Assembly: GCA_965206125.1 (NCBI GenBank) | Contig: CBDBIN010000045.1 | Span: 772,531-836,530, forward strand | DNA length: 64,000 nucleotides | Direction: 5' to 3' | DNA from: Terriglobia bacterium | Lineage (GTDB): Bacteria > Acidobacteriota > Terriglobia > 20CM-2-55-15 | Shown: positions 44,860-54,196 of the stretch, one piece after another | How the letters are laid out: each line of letters starts with the position of its first letter | Position numbering within the stretch: the stretch's first letter is position 1 | Position numbers and translations under genes: made by a program | Notes under the pieces: model-generated | Told to the model about the DNA's origin: nothing | What the model saw: the letters and a program-made list of their open reading frames with translations, nothing else | Databases searched by the model: none

Positions 44860-46440
44860 TTGATTGGCACGGTAAAGGCGGTCGAACGACCGGATTTGAG
44901 GCAAGGCAATATGCCACATGTGGATAGAGGTGTCTGTCGCATTCTCCTATCCACGGCCCTCGTGCTGTTGTCCGCCGGCTTCGCACAGGCTCAGTTGGTG
45001 GAAGCCGTCAAGCGGAACGACGTGTCTGGGGTACGGACCCTGCTCGCCGACGAGGTCGATGTGAATCAGACCGCGGGCGATGGAACGACGGCGCTGCACT
45101 GGGCAGCCTACCGGGCTGATTTGGACACGCTCGACCTGTTGATTGCCGCGGGGGCAAACGTCAACGCGGCCAATGACCTTCGGATCACGCCACTCGCCCT
45201 GGCCAGTGCCCACCCGGACGCGGCAATTGTGGAAAGATTGCTCGTTTCGGGGGCCGTTCCAAACGCCGCAAGCGAAGCAGGAATGACCCCGCTGATGGAG
45301 GCCTCACGGACGGGCAACCTCGATGGGGTGCTCGCACTGCTGGCATATGGAGCGGATGTGAACGCGCGAGAGAGTTCGCGCGGTCAGACTGCTTTGATGT
45401 GGGCAGTGTCGCAGAAACACTCGGAAGTCGTCCGCTCGCTACTCGAACACGGCGCCGACGTCGGCGCGCGTTCCCTGACACTTATTAGGATGGTCAAGCT
45501 GGACCGCGGCGGCGGCGGAAGACGGTCGCCCGAGGTTGCGACCCCAATCGAGACGGGGGGAAGCACGCCGTTGGTGTTCGCCGCCCGGGTCGGCGATGTT
45601 GAATCTGCCCGGCTCCTTCTGGAGGCGGAGGCAAACGCCAACGACATTGCGGCCGACGGCCACTCGGCTCTGGTTATGGCAGCATTCGCGGACCACCCGG
45701 ATGTCGTCGAAGTACTGCTCGAAGCCGGTGCGAACCCCGATAGTTTTGGCGGGGGATACACGGCGCTGCATGCCGCCGCGCTGCGGGGCAACCTCGGGAC
45801 TGTCAACCTGCTCCTAGCCGGGGGTGCGGATCCTAATCTCCCCCTCATCAAGGGTTCCCGGGTCAATCGATTCGGCATTCAGTGGGCACTGTCCGACGGG
45901 CTCGTTGGTGCGACGCCACTGTTGATCGCCGCCTCATACCTCGAAGTTGAGCTCGTGCGCGCCCTAGCCGCCGGTGGAGCCAATCTCATGGCCGCCATGC
46001 CGAACGGGACCACGCCGCTCCTGGCGGCGGCTGGAATCCGGGTCGACGTGGTGACTCGCCCGATAGATCAGGAGAGAGCCGGGGATACGAATACCGGGTA
46101 CCGAAACCTCCCGCTCGAAGAGAGCCGCATCCTCCAGGCTGTCGAAGCGCTACTCGACGCGAGCGCTGACGTCAACGGCGCCAACAAGGCCGGTGACACG
46201 GCACTGCACGCCGCGACCGGTGGCGCCCGCCTTTCCGTTATTCAGTTGCTCGCCGACCGAGGAGCAGACCTCAACGCCCAGAACCAGAACGGACAGACTC
46301 CCCTGTCACTGACGACTGGAAGAGGAGGCGGACGGGGACGGGCGGGAGGAGGGGGCCGTGGTGGCCGTGGCGGTCGAGGCCCTTCGCCCGAACAACAAGC
46401 AGCCGGCGAACTCCTCCGAAAACTGGGTGCGACGGACTGA
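44860..46440 (+). CDS. secreted ankyrin-repeat protein with a Gly/Arg-rich C-terminal tail (module copy 4)
   Basis: Ankyrin repeats (GTTALHWAAYRADLDTLDLLIAAGANVN...). The C-terminus TGRGGGRGRAGGGGRGGRGGRGPSPEQQAAGELLRKLGATD replaces the Cys motif of copies 1-3. An alternative start lies at MPHVDRG (44911). Confidence 0.8.
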   Translation: MIGTVKAVERPDLRQGNMPHVDRGVCRILLSTALVLLSAGFAQAQLVEAVKRNDVSGVRTLLADEVDVNQTAGDGTTALHWAAYRADLDTLDLLIAAGANVNAANDLRITPLALASAHPDAAIVERLLVSGAVPNAASEAGMTPLMEASRTGNLDGVLALLAYGADVNARESSRGQTALMWAVSQKHSEVVRSLLEHGADVGARSLTLIRMVKLDRGGGGRRSPEVATPIETGGSTPLVFAARVGDVESARLLLEAEANANDIAADGHSALVMAAFADHPDVVEVLLEAGANPDSFGGGYTALHAAALRGNLGTVNLLLAGGADPNLPLIKGSRVNRFGIQWALSDGLVGATPLLIAASYLEVELVRALAAGGANLMAAMPNGTTPLLAAAGIRVDVVTRPIDQERAGDTNTGYRNLPLEESRILQAVEALLDASADVNGANKAGDTALHAATGGARLSVIQLLADRGADLNAQNQNGQTPLSLTTGRGGGRGRAGGGGRGGRGGRGPSPEQQAAGELLRKLGATD

Positions 46441-46512
46441 AGCGGTCTGCTTCCGCTTCGGGAACCGCTCAAACACGCGCGCCGCGAATCCACTTCAAAA
46501 AGTGAGGATCAA

Positions 46513-47205
46513 ATGAACCACGACGATAAACGACGTTCGTTGATGACTGGCCTGGGTGCGGCAACCGCCGCAGCAGCCGCGGCCGCCTTCGTTCCGGGAA
46601 CCCTTCCTGCTCAAACCCGGGCGGGTGGGTTTCAACCCGCCCGCCACAGCCAGGACGGTTGGCTGGGCGAACTCGCGGGCCAACATCGAATCTTCATCGA
46701 TTCCGCAACGGCGACCGGGGGAGCCGAGGCACTGCTCTACGCCAACAACCTGTATACAGCCAACCAGGGCGCCTACGACCTCGACCCGGCCGACCTGGCC
46801 ATGGTCGTGTGCCTCCGGCACTTCTCGACGCCGTTTGCATACTCCGATGCTGTCTGGGAGAAATACGGCAGGGTGTTCAGCAACGTGATGCAGTTTGTCG
46901 ACCCGAACACGGGTATCGCACCGTCGTCGAACCTGATGAATTCCACCGACTATTACGGGTTCGCTCTACCTAACGTGGGGAACACGATCGACTCTCTGCT
47001 CGAACGCGGTACGCAGTTTGCCGTGTGCAATGCGGCCACTCAATTCTTTGCCGGACAGGTCTCCCAGGCAGCGGGCATCGGTAGCGACGAGGCCTACGAC
47101 GAATTGGTGGCCAGCGCGATCCCGAACAGCCGTTTCGTGTCTGCGGGGGTGGTGGCGGTGACCCGGGCCCAGGAGTACGGCTACAGTTTGCTGTACGCAG
47201 GCTGA
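46513..47205 (+). CDS. Tat-signal secreted hypothetical protein
   Basis: 230 aa. The twin-arginine motif KRRSLMTGLGAATAAAAAAAF is present. No family was recognised from sequence alone. Confidence 0.55.
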   Translation: MNHDDKRRSLMTGLGAATAAAAAAAFVPGTLPAQTRAGGFQPARHSQDGWLGELAGQHRIFIDSATATGGAEALLYANNLYTANQGAYDLDPADLAMVVCLRHFSTPFAYSDAVWEKYGRVFSNVMQFVDPNTGIAPSSNLMNSTDYYGFALPNVGNTIDSLLERGTQFAVCNAATQFFAGQVSQAAGIGSDEAYDELVASAIPNSRFVSAGVVAVTRAQEYGYSLLYAG

Positions 47206-47221
47206 TTGCGTTTACGGAAAA

Positions 47222-47250
47222 ATAGGGACAGGCACCTCTGGCCCTATTTA
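47222..47250. repeat. solo copy of the tagggacagg...ccctattt hairpin repeat family (terminator-like)
   Basis: aataggg-acaggcacctctgg-ccctatt aligns with 39470-39498 (tagggacagg-ggagcctgt-cccctattt). It sits between convergent genes. Confidence 0.5.
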
Positions 47251-48713
47251 ACAACGGGGGATGCAGGCGCCACCGTAGCGACGCGTAGTTTGGCTCGACC
47301 CGTACCCGAAACCGGCTTCTCCACGTCCGCATAGACGACAAGGTCGCCCGCGAGAGACTCGTGCCGGACATTCGTCAATCTTGTGCGAGCCGGAACTCTT
47401 GCCAGGGACTTGACGGCATTCAAGCCGCCCACGACTTGCGGCGCGATCGTCACGATCATCCGGTCGACTAAATCGCCGGCCAGGAAGTCGGTGATGACCT
47501 GGGCCCCGCCCTCAACCATCAGGGAGTGGATGCCCTGCCCATACAAACGCCCGAGCAGTATTCCCAGATCCACCCGCCCGCCGGCTTCGGACGGTACACG
47601 GATGACGTCCGCTCCAGCGTCACGCAGCCGTCTTTCACGCTCGACGCTCGCCCCTATGGTCGTGGCAATGATCGGCTGGACCGACCCGGAGCGCAACAGC
47701 CGGGCCCCGAGCGGCAGGCGCAAGCAACTATCCAGAACGATGGGCCGTGGATTCTTCCCTTCAACAAGGCGAACGGTCAGTCGTGGGTCGTCGGAAAGAA
47801 CGGTATTGATCCCGACCAGGATCGCGTCGTGCAACGCACGCAACTCGTGGGTTAGTGTTTGCGATTCGCGGTTGCTGAGCTGAAGCGGTTTTCCGGACTC
47901 GGCCGCGATCGATCCGTCCAGACTCTGGGCGAAACTCAGGGTCACCGACGGAACGCCCTCCCGGCGACGACCGGGTTCGTCGGACCCCAGTCGCCGACCG
48001 AGATGCGCCACGATTCGGGCGCCGATACGCTGCTCGTCGTTGTCGAAAAACCCAGCAGGTACCCTCGGATTTGCGCTTCCGTTCGAGGGGGTTTCCGGCG
48101 CCGGCCAGGGTTTCATGAGGTGCCCCATTTTGGAGGCTTTCGTCTGCAGGTAGGCGTAGTTCTCCGGACGCGGTTGAATCTCATACTGCACCCGCTCGAC
48201 CACGCGGATGCCACAAGCCTCCAGCGCTTTCACCTTCTCGGGGTTGTTCGTCACGAGTCGAACCGAATGGATCCCGTGGTCTTTCAGCATCGCGGCTGCG
48301 TGCTTGTAGCTTCGAAGATCGGCCGGGAACCCCAGATGCAGATTCGCTTCCACGGTATCCATCCCGACGTCTTGCAGGGCGTAGGCGCGAATCTTGTTGT
48401 CCAGCCCGATGCCACGCCCTTCTTGTCTCAGGTACAGGATCAGGCCGCGGCCTTCGGCGGACACACAGCGCATCGCGGCCTGCAACTGCTCACCGCAATC
48501 ACAGCGAACCGAGCCGAAGACGTCGCCTGTCAAACACTCCGAGTGGATGCGGACCAGGGGGGGCGGGCCGTCGAGTTCCCCCATATGAAGTGACAGGTTC
48601 TCCTTGCGATCATGATCCCGGTAGACGGTAACCGTGAATTCGCCAAACGCCGTCGGCAGCCGCGCCGATGACGATCGGAAGACCGTGTCACTGGTTTCTG
48701 TTCGAGAGCCCAT
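47244..48713 (-). CDS. bifunctional GTP cyclohydrolase II (RibA) / RibD-type pyrimidine reductase domain fusion
   Basis: The N-terminal half has the GCH II motifs [19 protein letters not shown] and [10 protein letters not shown]. The C-terminal half has the RibD C-terminal reductase pattern ([14 protein letters not shown]...[18 protein letters not shown]...[14 protein letters not shown]). No deaminase domain is present. Confidence 0.8.
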   Translation of the reverse strand: MGSRTETSDTVFRSSSARLPTAFGEFTVTVYRDHDRKENLSLHMGELDGPPPLVRIHSECLTGDVFGSVRCDCGEQLQAAMRCVSAEGRGLILYLRQEGRGIGLDNKIRAYALQDVGMDTVEANLHLGFPADLRSYKHAAAMLKDHGIHSVRLVTNNPEKVKALEACGIRVVERVQYEIQPRPENYAYLQTKASKMGHLMKPWPAPETPSNGSANPRVPAGFFDNDEQRIGARIVAHLGRRLGSDEPGRRREGVPSVTLSFAQSLDGSIAAESGKPLQLSNRESQTLTHELRALHDAILVGINTVLSDDPRLTVRLVEGKNPRPIVLDSCLRLPLGARLLRSGSVQPIIATTIGASVERERRLRDAGADVIRVPSEAGGRVDLGILLGRLYGQGIHSLMVEGGAQVITDFLAGDLVDRMIVTIAPQVVGGLNAVKSLARVPARTRLTNVRHESLAGDLVVYADVEKPVSGTGRAKLRVATVAPASPVVK

Positions 48714-48756
48714 ATTCCAATTCCGGAAAGCAAGAGCCGGTATAAGCTGAAGCCCT

Positions 48757-49629
48757 TCAGGTATTCCGGAACCGTCGAGCCAGCGGCATTCGCGACCGAG
48801 CTAAACACAAAGGAGAAGCCCCGTCAACGACTCCTGTGGATCGGTGATGCGAGGATTCAGAGCCTGTTAGCAGCCTCTCTCGAGCAAGCCACCCAACATC
48901 GATCGCGAACGAAGCGCCCAACAGCGCAAGACCGGCTAATGCGACGACGTCGCTCATGGGTCGGGTCACGACCGGCGCGAGGCAGACAATCAGCGATAGC
49001 GCCTGCACGACACAGACAGTCTGACGCCGTCGGCTTTCGGGAAGCGAACGTCTCATCCAGGGCAGCAGATAGCCCGATCCAACGAACACGTAACGCATCA
49101 ACCCGGCCGCAAGAATCCACGGGCCGGCCTTTCCGAAGCGCCAGGCGAGCGCGGCGCAGCCGAGAATCAGCATCGCATCGGTCTCCATGTCGAAACGCGC
49201 CCCGAAAACGCCGGTTTCGCTCCGCCGACGTGCGAGCCACCCATCGACGCCGTCCAGCACCACGATCACAAAAGCGGTAATCGCTGCAAACCAGGCAGCC
49301 GCAGGCGTCGCCTCTTCAGCGATGAGAGCCAGCAACAACGCTGTCAGCGCGGCTCGCGCCAGGGTAACGCGGTTGGCCGATCCAAACGTGCGAGACGGTA
49401 TGTGCTTTCGAGCAAGCACAACCATCACTGACGCTCCAAGGCCGAAAGCCAACATCACCCGGAGCGGGAAGGTCTCACCGAGGTCGAGTAGTCGTCCCAC
49501 GACCCAGGCAACCCCGGCAATTCCCACAAGCGACACTACGACGCTGGATGCGACGCTCCTCGCCAACGCCGGGGTTCGATCGGCACCGTCGGTCAGGACC
49601 GAGGTGATGGCGGCGGGTTTGGTTTCCAA
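48757..49629 (-). CDS. CDP-alcohol phosphatidyltransferase family protein
   Basis: 290 aa multi-TM protein with the signature [27 protein letters not shown] (D-G-x2-A-R-x8-G-x3-D-x3-D). Confidence 0.75.
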   Translation of the reverse strand: METKPAAITSVLTDGADRTPALARSVASSVVVSLVGIAGVAWVVGRLLDLGETFPLRVMLAFGLGASVMVVLARKHIPSRTFGSANRVTLARAALTALLLALIAEEATPAAAWFAAITAFVIVVLDGVDGWLARRRSETGVFGARFDMETDAMLILGCAALAWRFGKAGPWILAAGLMRYVFVGSGYLLPWMRRSLPESRRRQTVCVVQALSLIVCLAPVVTRPMSDVVALAGLALLGASFAIDVGWLARERLLTGSESSHHRSTGVVDGASPLCLARSRMPLARRFRNT

Positions 49630-49785
49630 TCTCGAAGACTCCCGGTCTTTATATATAGTGTTTGGGCACGCACGCTCGGAAGTGCGTTCCCGAACTCATG
49701 ATGCTTGGATTCCGCAGGATACTGACACTTTTTCGGGTCGAGTTTCAAGCGACGCCCGATCGCACTGTGAGCTTGCTGGAACAAG

Positions 49786-50766
49786 ATGACTGACGCTGGC
49801 GAAGTCGCACGGTCGTTCTGGGTCGTTGGACCGGGCCGCGGCGAAATCCGTACCGAGCCGTTACCGCAGCCAACCGAGCAAGAGGTTCTTGTCCGGACAC
49901 TCTACACCGGTATCAGCCGCGGCACGGAAACGCTGGTGTTCAACGGCCGGGTCCCGCCAAGCGAATTCGAGCGAATGCGGGCGCCATTCCAAACGGGGGA
50001 TTTCCCCGCGCCGGTCAAGTACGGGTACATCAATGTCGGACGAGTGGAACGTGGGCCGGCCACGCTCCAGGATCGCGTCGTTTTCTGTCTCTATCCACAT
50101 CAGACGCGCTACGTAGTGCCGGCCGAAGCCGTGCATCCGTTGCCTGGCGATGTGCCGGCTGAACGCGCGGTGCTCGCAGCCAACCTGGAATCCGCGGTCA
50201 ATGGCCTGTGGGATGCTGCCCCGATGGTCGGCGACAGGATCGGGGTCGTCGGCGCTGGAACGCTGGGTTGTCTGACGGCGTGGCTGGCAGCAGGGATTCC
50301 CGGGTGTCGGGTCGAACTGATCGATATCGATCCCGACAAGGCCCGAATCGCCGGCGCCCTGGGCCTCGGCTTTCGGTTACCCGAGGACGCGACTAAGGAT
50401 GCCGATCTGGTCCTTCACGCCAGCGCGACGGCCGAAGGCCTCTCCACGTGTCTCGGGCTCGCGGGTTTCGAGGCGAGGGTCGTCGAGCTGAGCTGGTTCG
50501 GCAACAACAGGCCGGCCCTCGCTTTGGGGGAGGCATTTCACAGTCGTCGCTTGAGCTTGCACGCGTCGCAGGTCGGCGCCATCGCCCCTGCTCAACGTGG
50601 CCGTTGGAGCGCGGGCCGCCGCCTGGAACTCGTCCTGCGACTGCTCGCGGATCCCGCGTTGGATTCATTGATAACAGGCCAGAGCCAGTTCGATGAACTG
50701 CCGGCCGTCATGAAAACACTCGCGACTACCCCCGACGGCACGTTGTGCCATCGGATCGTCTACTAG
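49786..50766 (+). CDS. zinc-binding MDR-superfamily alcohol dehydrogenase-like protein
   Basis: 326 aa. An N-terminal GroES-like domain is followed by the Rossmann motif [20 protein letters not shown]. Confidence 0.65.
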   Translation: MTDAGEVARSFWVVGPGRGEIRTEPLPQPTEQEVLVRTLYTGISRGTETLVFNGRVPPSEFERMRAPFQTGDFPAPVKYGYINVGRVERGPATLQDRVVFCLYPHQTRYVVPAEAVHPLPGDVPAERAVLAANLESAVNGLWDAAPMVGDRIGVVGAGTLGCLTAWLAAGIPGCRVELIDIDPDKARIAGALGLGFRLPEDATKDADLVLHASATAEGLSTCLGLAGFEARVVELSWFGNNRPALALGEAFHSRRLSLHASQVGAIAPAQRGRWSAGRRLELVLRLLADPALDSLITGQSQFDELPAVMKTLATTPDGTLCHRIVY

Positions 50767-50818
50767 TGGCCTGTACCCCCCATATTGGGACCAGCCACTA
50801 AAAGGCAGAAGGACTCTC

Positions 50819-51232
50819 ATGTACACCGTTTCAGTTCGGGACCATTTCATGATCGCGCACAGCTTCGAGGGCGAGGCATTCGGTCCGGCCCAGAACCTTC
50901 ACGGAGCCACGTACGTCGTCGATGTGGAACTGCGCAGACCGAAACTGGACGAAGACGGCGTCGTCGTCGACATCGGTCTGGCTGGCGAGGTACTCACCTC
51001 CGTGCTGTCGCAGCTCAACTACCGCAACCTCGATGAGGAGTCGGCCTTCACGGCCCGGAACACGACTACCGAGTTCCTGGCGTATATCATTTTCGAGCGG
51101 CTGGCGAAACGGATTCAAGACGGGGAACTCGGTCCATCCGCGCGGGGACTGACGTCGATGCGTGTGACTTTGCACGAATCGCATATCGCATGGGCGGCCT
51201 ACGAGAACGAACTGGCAAATCCGGACCAGTGA
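50819..51232 (+). CDS. 6-pyruvoyl-tetrahydropterin synthase-like (PTPS/QueD family) protein
   Basis: 137 aa. The start [16 protein letters not shown]...[12 protein letters not shown] matches the PTPS fold pattern (xFxAAH.L.....C...HGH.Y), although the Cys/His triad is degenerate. Confidence 0.55.
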   Translation: MYTVSVRDHFMIAHSFEGEAFGPAQNLHGATYVVDVELRRPKLDEDGVVVDIGLAGEVLTSVLSQLNYRNLDEESAFTARNTTTEFLAYIIFERLAKRIQDGELGPSARGLTSMRVTLHESHIAWAAYENELANPDQ

Positions 51233-51240
51233 ACAGTCCC

Positions 51241-52341
51241 ATGAACGGGCCTGCCCTCGATCATCGCGCTCCCGTGTTGAGCCTCCTGCTACCGGGCGAT
51301 CTCAAAACCCGGACCGGGGGATACATCTACGATCGACGGGTCACCGAGGGCCTGGGTCGACTCGGCTGGCAGATCGATGTGCGGTCTCTCGATCCGAGTT
51401 TTCCGCAACCGAACTCCGCCGCGCTTCGGCACGCCCGCGGCGTGCTCGCCGACATACCGGGCGGACGCATCGTCGTCATCGACGGCCTGGCACTCGGCGG
51501 CTTGTCGGCCCTGCTTGAAGCGGAGGCGGAGCGGCTTTGCCCCCTCGCCCTGATCCATCATCCCCTGGCGCTGGAGACCGGGTTGGATGCGGCCACCGCG
51601 CGCCTGCTAGAGCAATCGGAACGCGCTTCGCTTCGGTTCGTGCGGCGCATCGTCGTGACGAGTTCGTGGACATCCGAGATCCTGGCCGGGTACGGCGTGT
51701 CGGCCGATCGGATCCGAGTCGTTCAGCCGGGGATCGACACGCCCCTGGGCCGGCTTGTCCTGCCTCCCAACTCTCCCGACGACACGTCGCTCAACCTGCT
51801 CTCGGTTGCGACGTTGACGCCGCGCAAAGGTCATGCGGTGCTGTTCGATGCGCTTGCCCGGCTCAGCGATCGACGCTGGCACCTCCGTTGCGCCGGCAGC
51901 CTGACTCGCGACCCAACGACCGTCGATCGGTTGCGACGACAGATCGATCGCCTGGGGCTCGGCACGAGAATCAGCTTGCTCGGGGAAGTCGATCGGCCGG
52001 ACCTTGATCGGTACTACGCAAGCGCAGACCTGTTCGTGCTCGCCTCATACATGGAAGGTTACGGAATGGCGTTGGCCGAGGCCGTCGCGTATGGCATCCC
52101 GGTCGTCAGCACACTGGCTGGAGCGATCCCCGATACCGTTCCGCCGAATGCCAGCCTGCTCGTCGAACCGGGTGACGAGGGAGCGCTGGCGAAGGCACTG
52201 GCCAAGATCATGGACAATCCCGACATGCGACGGCGGCTTGCCCTCAACGCTATCGCAGCCGGCAAGCACGTGCGGACCTGGAGCGACGCCTCCCGGGAGT
52301 TTGCCGCGGCGCTCGAGGGCTTGATGGATACCAGGTCGTGA
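51241..52341 (+). CDS. GT4-family (group 1) glycosyltransferase
   Basis: The C-terminal motif EGYGMALAEAVAYGIPVVST (E-x7-E) is present. The start is taken at MNGPALDH. Confidence 0.75.
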   Translation: MNGPALDHRAPVLSLLLPGDLKTRTGGYIYDRRVTEGLGRLGWQIDVRSLDPSFPQPNSAALRHARGVLADIPGGRIVVIDGLALGGLSALLEAEAERLCPLALIHHPLALETGLDAATARLLEQSERASLRFVRRIVVTSSWTSEILAGYGVSADRIRVVQPGIDTPLGRLVLPPNSPDDTSLNLLSVATLTPRKGHAVLFDALARLSDRRWHLRCAGSLTRDPTTVDRLRRQIDRLGLGTRISLLGEVDRPDLDRYYASADLFVLASYMEGYGMALAEAVAYGIPVVSTLAGAIPDTVPPNASLLVEPGDEGALAKALAKIMDNPDMRRRLALNAIAAGKHVRTWSDASREFAAALEGLMDTRS

Positions 52342-53222
52342 GCGATTTTCGGCCTGACTGGCTCAGCTTGCGGGAACCTCTCGATGCCCGATCGCGCGCC
52401 GCATCCCTCGCCCCGATCATCGCCGCAGCGCTCCGCGGGGCCGGTCCGCCCGACATCACGATTCAGGTCGTCGACCTCGGGGCGGGCACCGGTGCAAACC
52501 TTCGTTACGTGGCGCCACTGCTTGGCGGCCCGCAGGGCTGGATAGCGGCGGACCAGGATCCATCGCTACTCGAGACCATGAACCTCCGAATGCGGGACTG
52601 GGCAGAGTCGATGGACGCCGAGGTCGACGAAGAGGGCGACGGCCGGATCACGGTGCGCGCAGACCTCTTCGAGTGCCACATCAGCACAGTCTCCATCGAT
52701 CTGGGGACCGAACTCGATCGGCTGGCGTTGCCCGACGGTGCTTTGGTCACGGCGTCCGCATTGCTCGACCTGGTATCTGAAGACTGGCTTTGGCGGTTGG
52801 CCCGAAGCTCGGCGGACCGTGCGGCGCCGGTGTGGTTCGCCCTGTCCTACGACGGACGCGTCGAGTGCAATCCGGAGGAACCGGAGGATCTTGAAGTTCT
52901 TAATCTCTTCAACAGGCACCAGCGGACCGACAAAGGTTTCGGTCCGGCGCTGGGCCCGGGTGCCGCGCGAAAGGCGGCTGAAATCTTCGCCGACCACGGC
53001 TACCGCACGTGCTCGGAACCAAGCGACTGGCGAGTGGGATCGGACAGCAAGCCGCTGCAACGCGCTCTGCTCGACGGATGGTTCCGAGCCGCATGCGAAG
53101 TCGATCCGAGCAGGTCGTCAAAGTTCGGCGAATGGAGAGAACGACGCCGGGCACACATCGATAACGGACGATCTGAGATGATCGTCGGACACGTCGATGT
53201 GATCGGCACACCGCGGAGGTAG
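52338..53222 (+). CDS. class I SAM-dependent methyltransferase-like protein
   Basis: Motif I VVDLGAGTGANLRY is present. It overlaps the GT stop by 4 nt. Confidence 0.45.
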   Translation: MSDFRPDWLSLREPLDARSRAASLAPIIAAALRGAGPPDITIQVVDLGAGTGANLRYVAPLLGGPQGWIAADQDPSLLETMNLRMRDWAESMDAEVDEEGDGRITVRADLFECHISTVSIDLGTELDRLALPDGALVTASALLDLVSEDWLWRLARSSADRAAPVWFALSYDGRVECNPEEPEDLEVLNLFNRHQRTDKGFGPALGPGAARKAAEIFADHGYRTCSEPSDWRVGSDSKPLQRALLDGWFRAACEVDPSRSSKFGEWRERRRAHIDNGRSEMIVGHVDVIGTPRR

Positions 53223-53224
53223 CA

Positions 53225-53605
53225 ATGAATATCGCACTTTGGATCGCACAGGCGCTGCTGGCGGCCATGTTCACGTTGATTGGCTATAGCCATGCGGTTC
53301 CGCCAATACAGGAGGTCGTCGGGGCGTTTCCATCATTGGCGGATCTTTCGCCAGGCCTGATTCGGTTCATCGGTGTCTCGGAATTGCTCGGAGCGCTGGG
53401 TCTGATACTGCCGGGCCTCACAGGCATTCGACCCGGGCTGACAGCCCTGGCGGCAGCGGGACTCGGGATCATCATGGCGATGGCAACCGGTTTTCACCTC
53501 ATCCGCGCCGAGTACACCGCAGCAATCCTCCCCGTCATCTTTCTTGCGACCGCGGGATTCGTCGTATACGGCCGACGGGCCGGGCAAGGTTCCGAGCGAC
53601 ATTAG
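53225..53605 (+). CDS. DoxX family membrane protein
   Basis: 126 aa with four TM segments in the DoxX pattern (MNIALWIAQALLAAMFTLIGYSH...). Confidence 0.65.
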   Translation: MNIALWIAQALLAAMFTLIGYSHAVPPIQEVVGAFPSLADLSPGLIRFIGVSELLGALGLILPGLTGIRPGLTALAAAGLGIIMAMATGFHLIRAEYTAAILPVIFLATAGFVVYGRRAGQGSERH

Positions 53606-53693
53606 CAGCTTCGTCGTAGATACCATCGCCAACCCCACGAGATTCGCTATAGAACGGCGGAGCACTCCTCTTCGATCTTTTAAGTAAAGCACT

Positions 53694-53736
53694 CTTGACA
53701 TATAGTCCAGGCCCATTTACACTTCATGGTGTCAAG
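53694..53736 (+). promoter_or_regulatory. promoter/operator region for the membrane-protein/XRE operon
   Basis: TTGACA at 53695-53700 and TACACT 17 nt downstream form a promoter-like pair. The inverted repeat CTTGACA...N29...TGTCAAG spans it. An AAGGAG RBS at 53755-53760 lies 7 nt before the ATG. Confidence 0.4.
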
Positions 53737-53767
53737 TAACATTTATATTTAGTCAAGGAGACAGACC

Positions 53768-54196
53768 ATGGAGAGAACTTGGTGGGAACGATTCACATGT
53801 AGTGCCGACGTGACGGAACGCGACAGGCGAAACTCAAGGATCGTCAATTACTGGGCGTTCTCCTGGATGGCTGTCTGGGTCGGGGCAACCTTCCTCATCA
53901 AAGGCGAGTTGGTGACGGGGGAAGCGACCTTGATGGCCCTCGCCCTGGCGCCAAACATTCTGGGGGTCGCGACAGTCCGTGCCTACATCAGGTTCCTGCA
54001 GGAGGCCGAAGAGCTGCAACGCAAGGTCCAGTTGGACGCGCTTGCAGTCGGCTTCGGGGTCGGCATGGTTGCGATTGTCGGGCTTGAACTCCTCGGTGAC
54101 ATCGGCTTTTTCGAAGCCGGTCCTTCCGATGCGCTGATGTTCATGATCATGGCCTATTCCCTGGGTGTGATGCTTGGATGGCGGCGCTACCGATGA
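53768..54196 (+). CDS. small membrane protein, partner of the XRE regulator
   Basis: 142 aa with 3-4 TM segments. The stop overlaps the XRE start (ATGA). Confidence 0.6.
   Translation: MERTWWERFTCSADVTERDRRNSRIVNYWAFSWMAVWVGATFLIKGELVTGEATLMALALAPNILGVATVRAYIRFLQEAEELQRKVQLDALAVGFGVGMVAIVGLELLGDIGFFEAGPSDALMFMIMAYSLGVMLGWRRYR

Noticed and set aside
46315-46400. CRISPR-like appearance of the ggc/cgg-rich repeats encoding the GR tail, and of the similar tract at 19745-19800.
   Set aside because: These are in-frame codon repeats within ORFs. They have no regular spacer/repeat periodicity of 28-37 bp and no cas genes.
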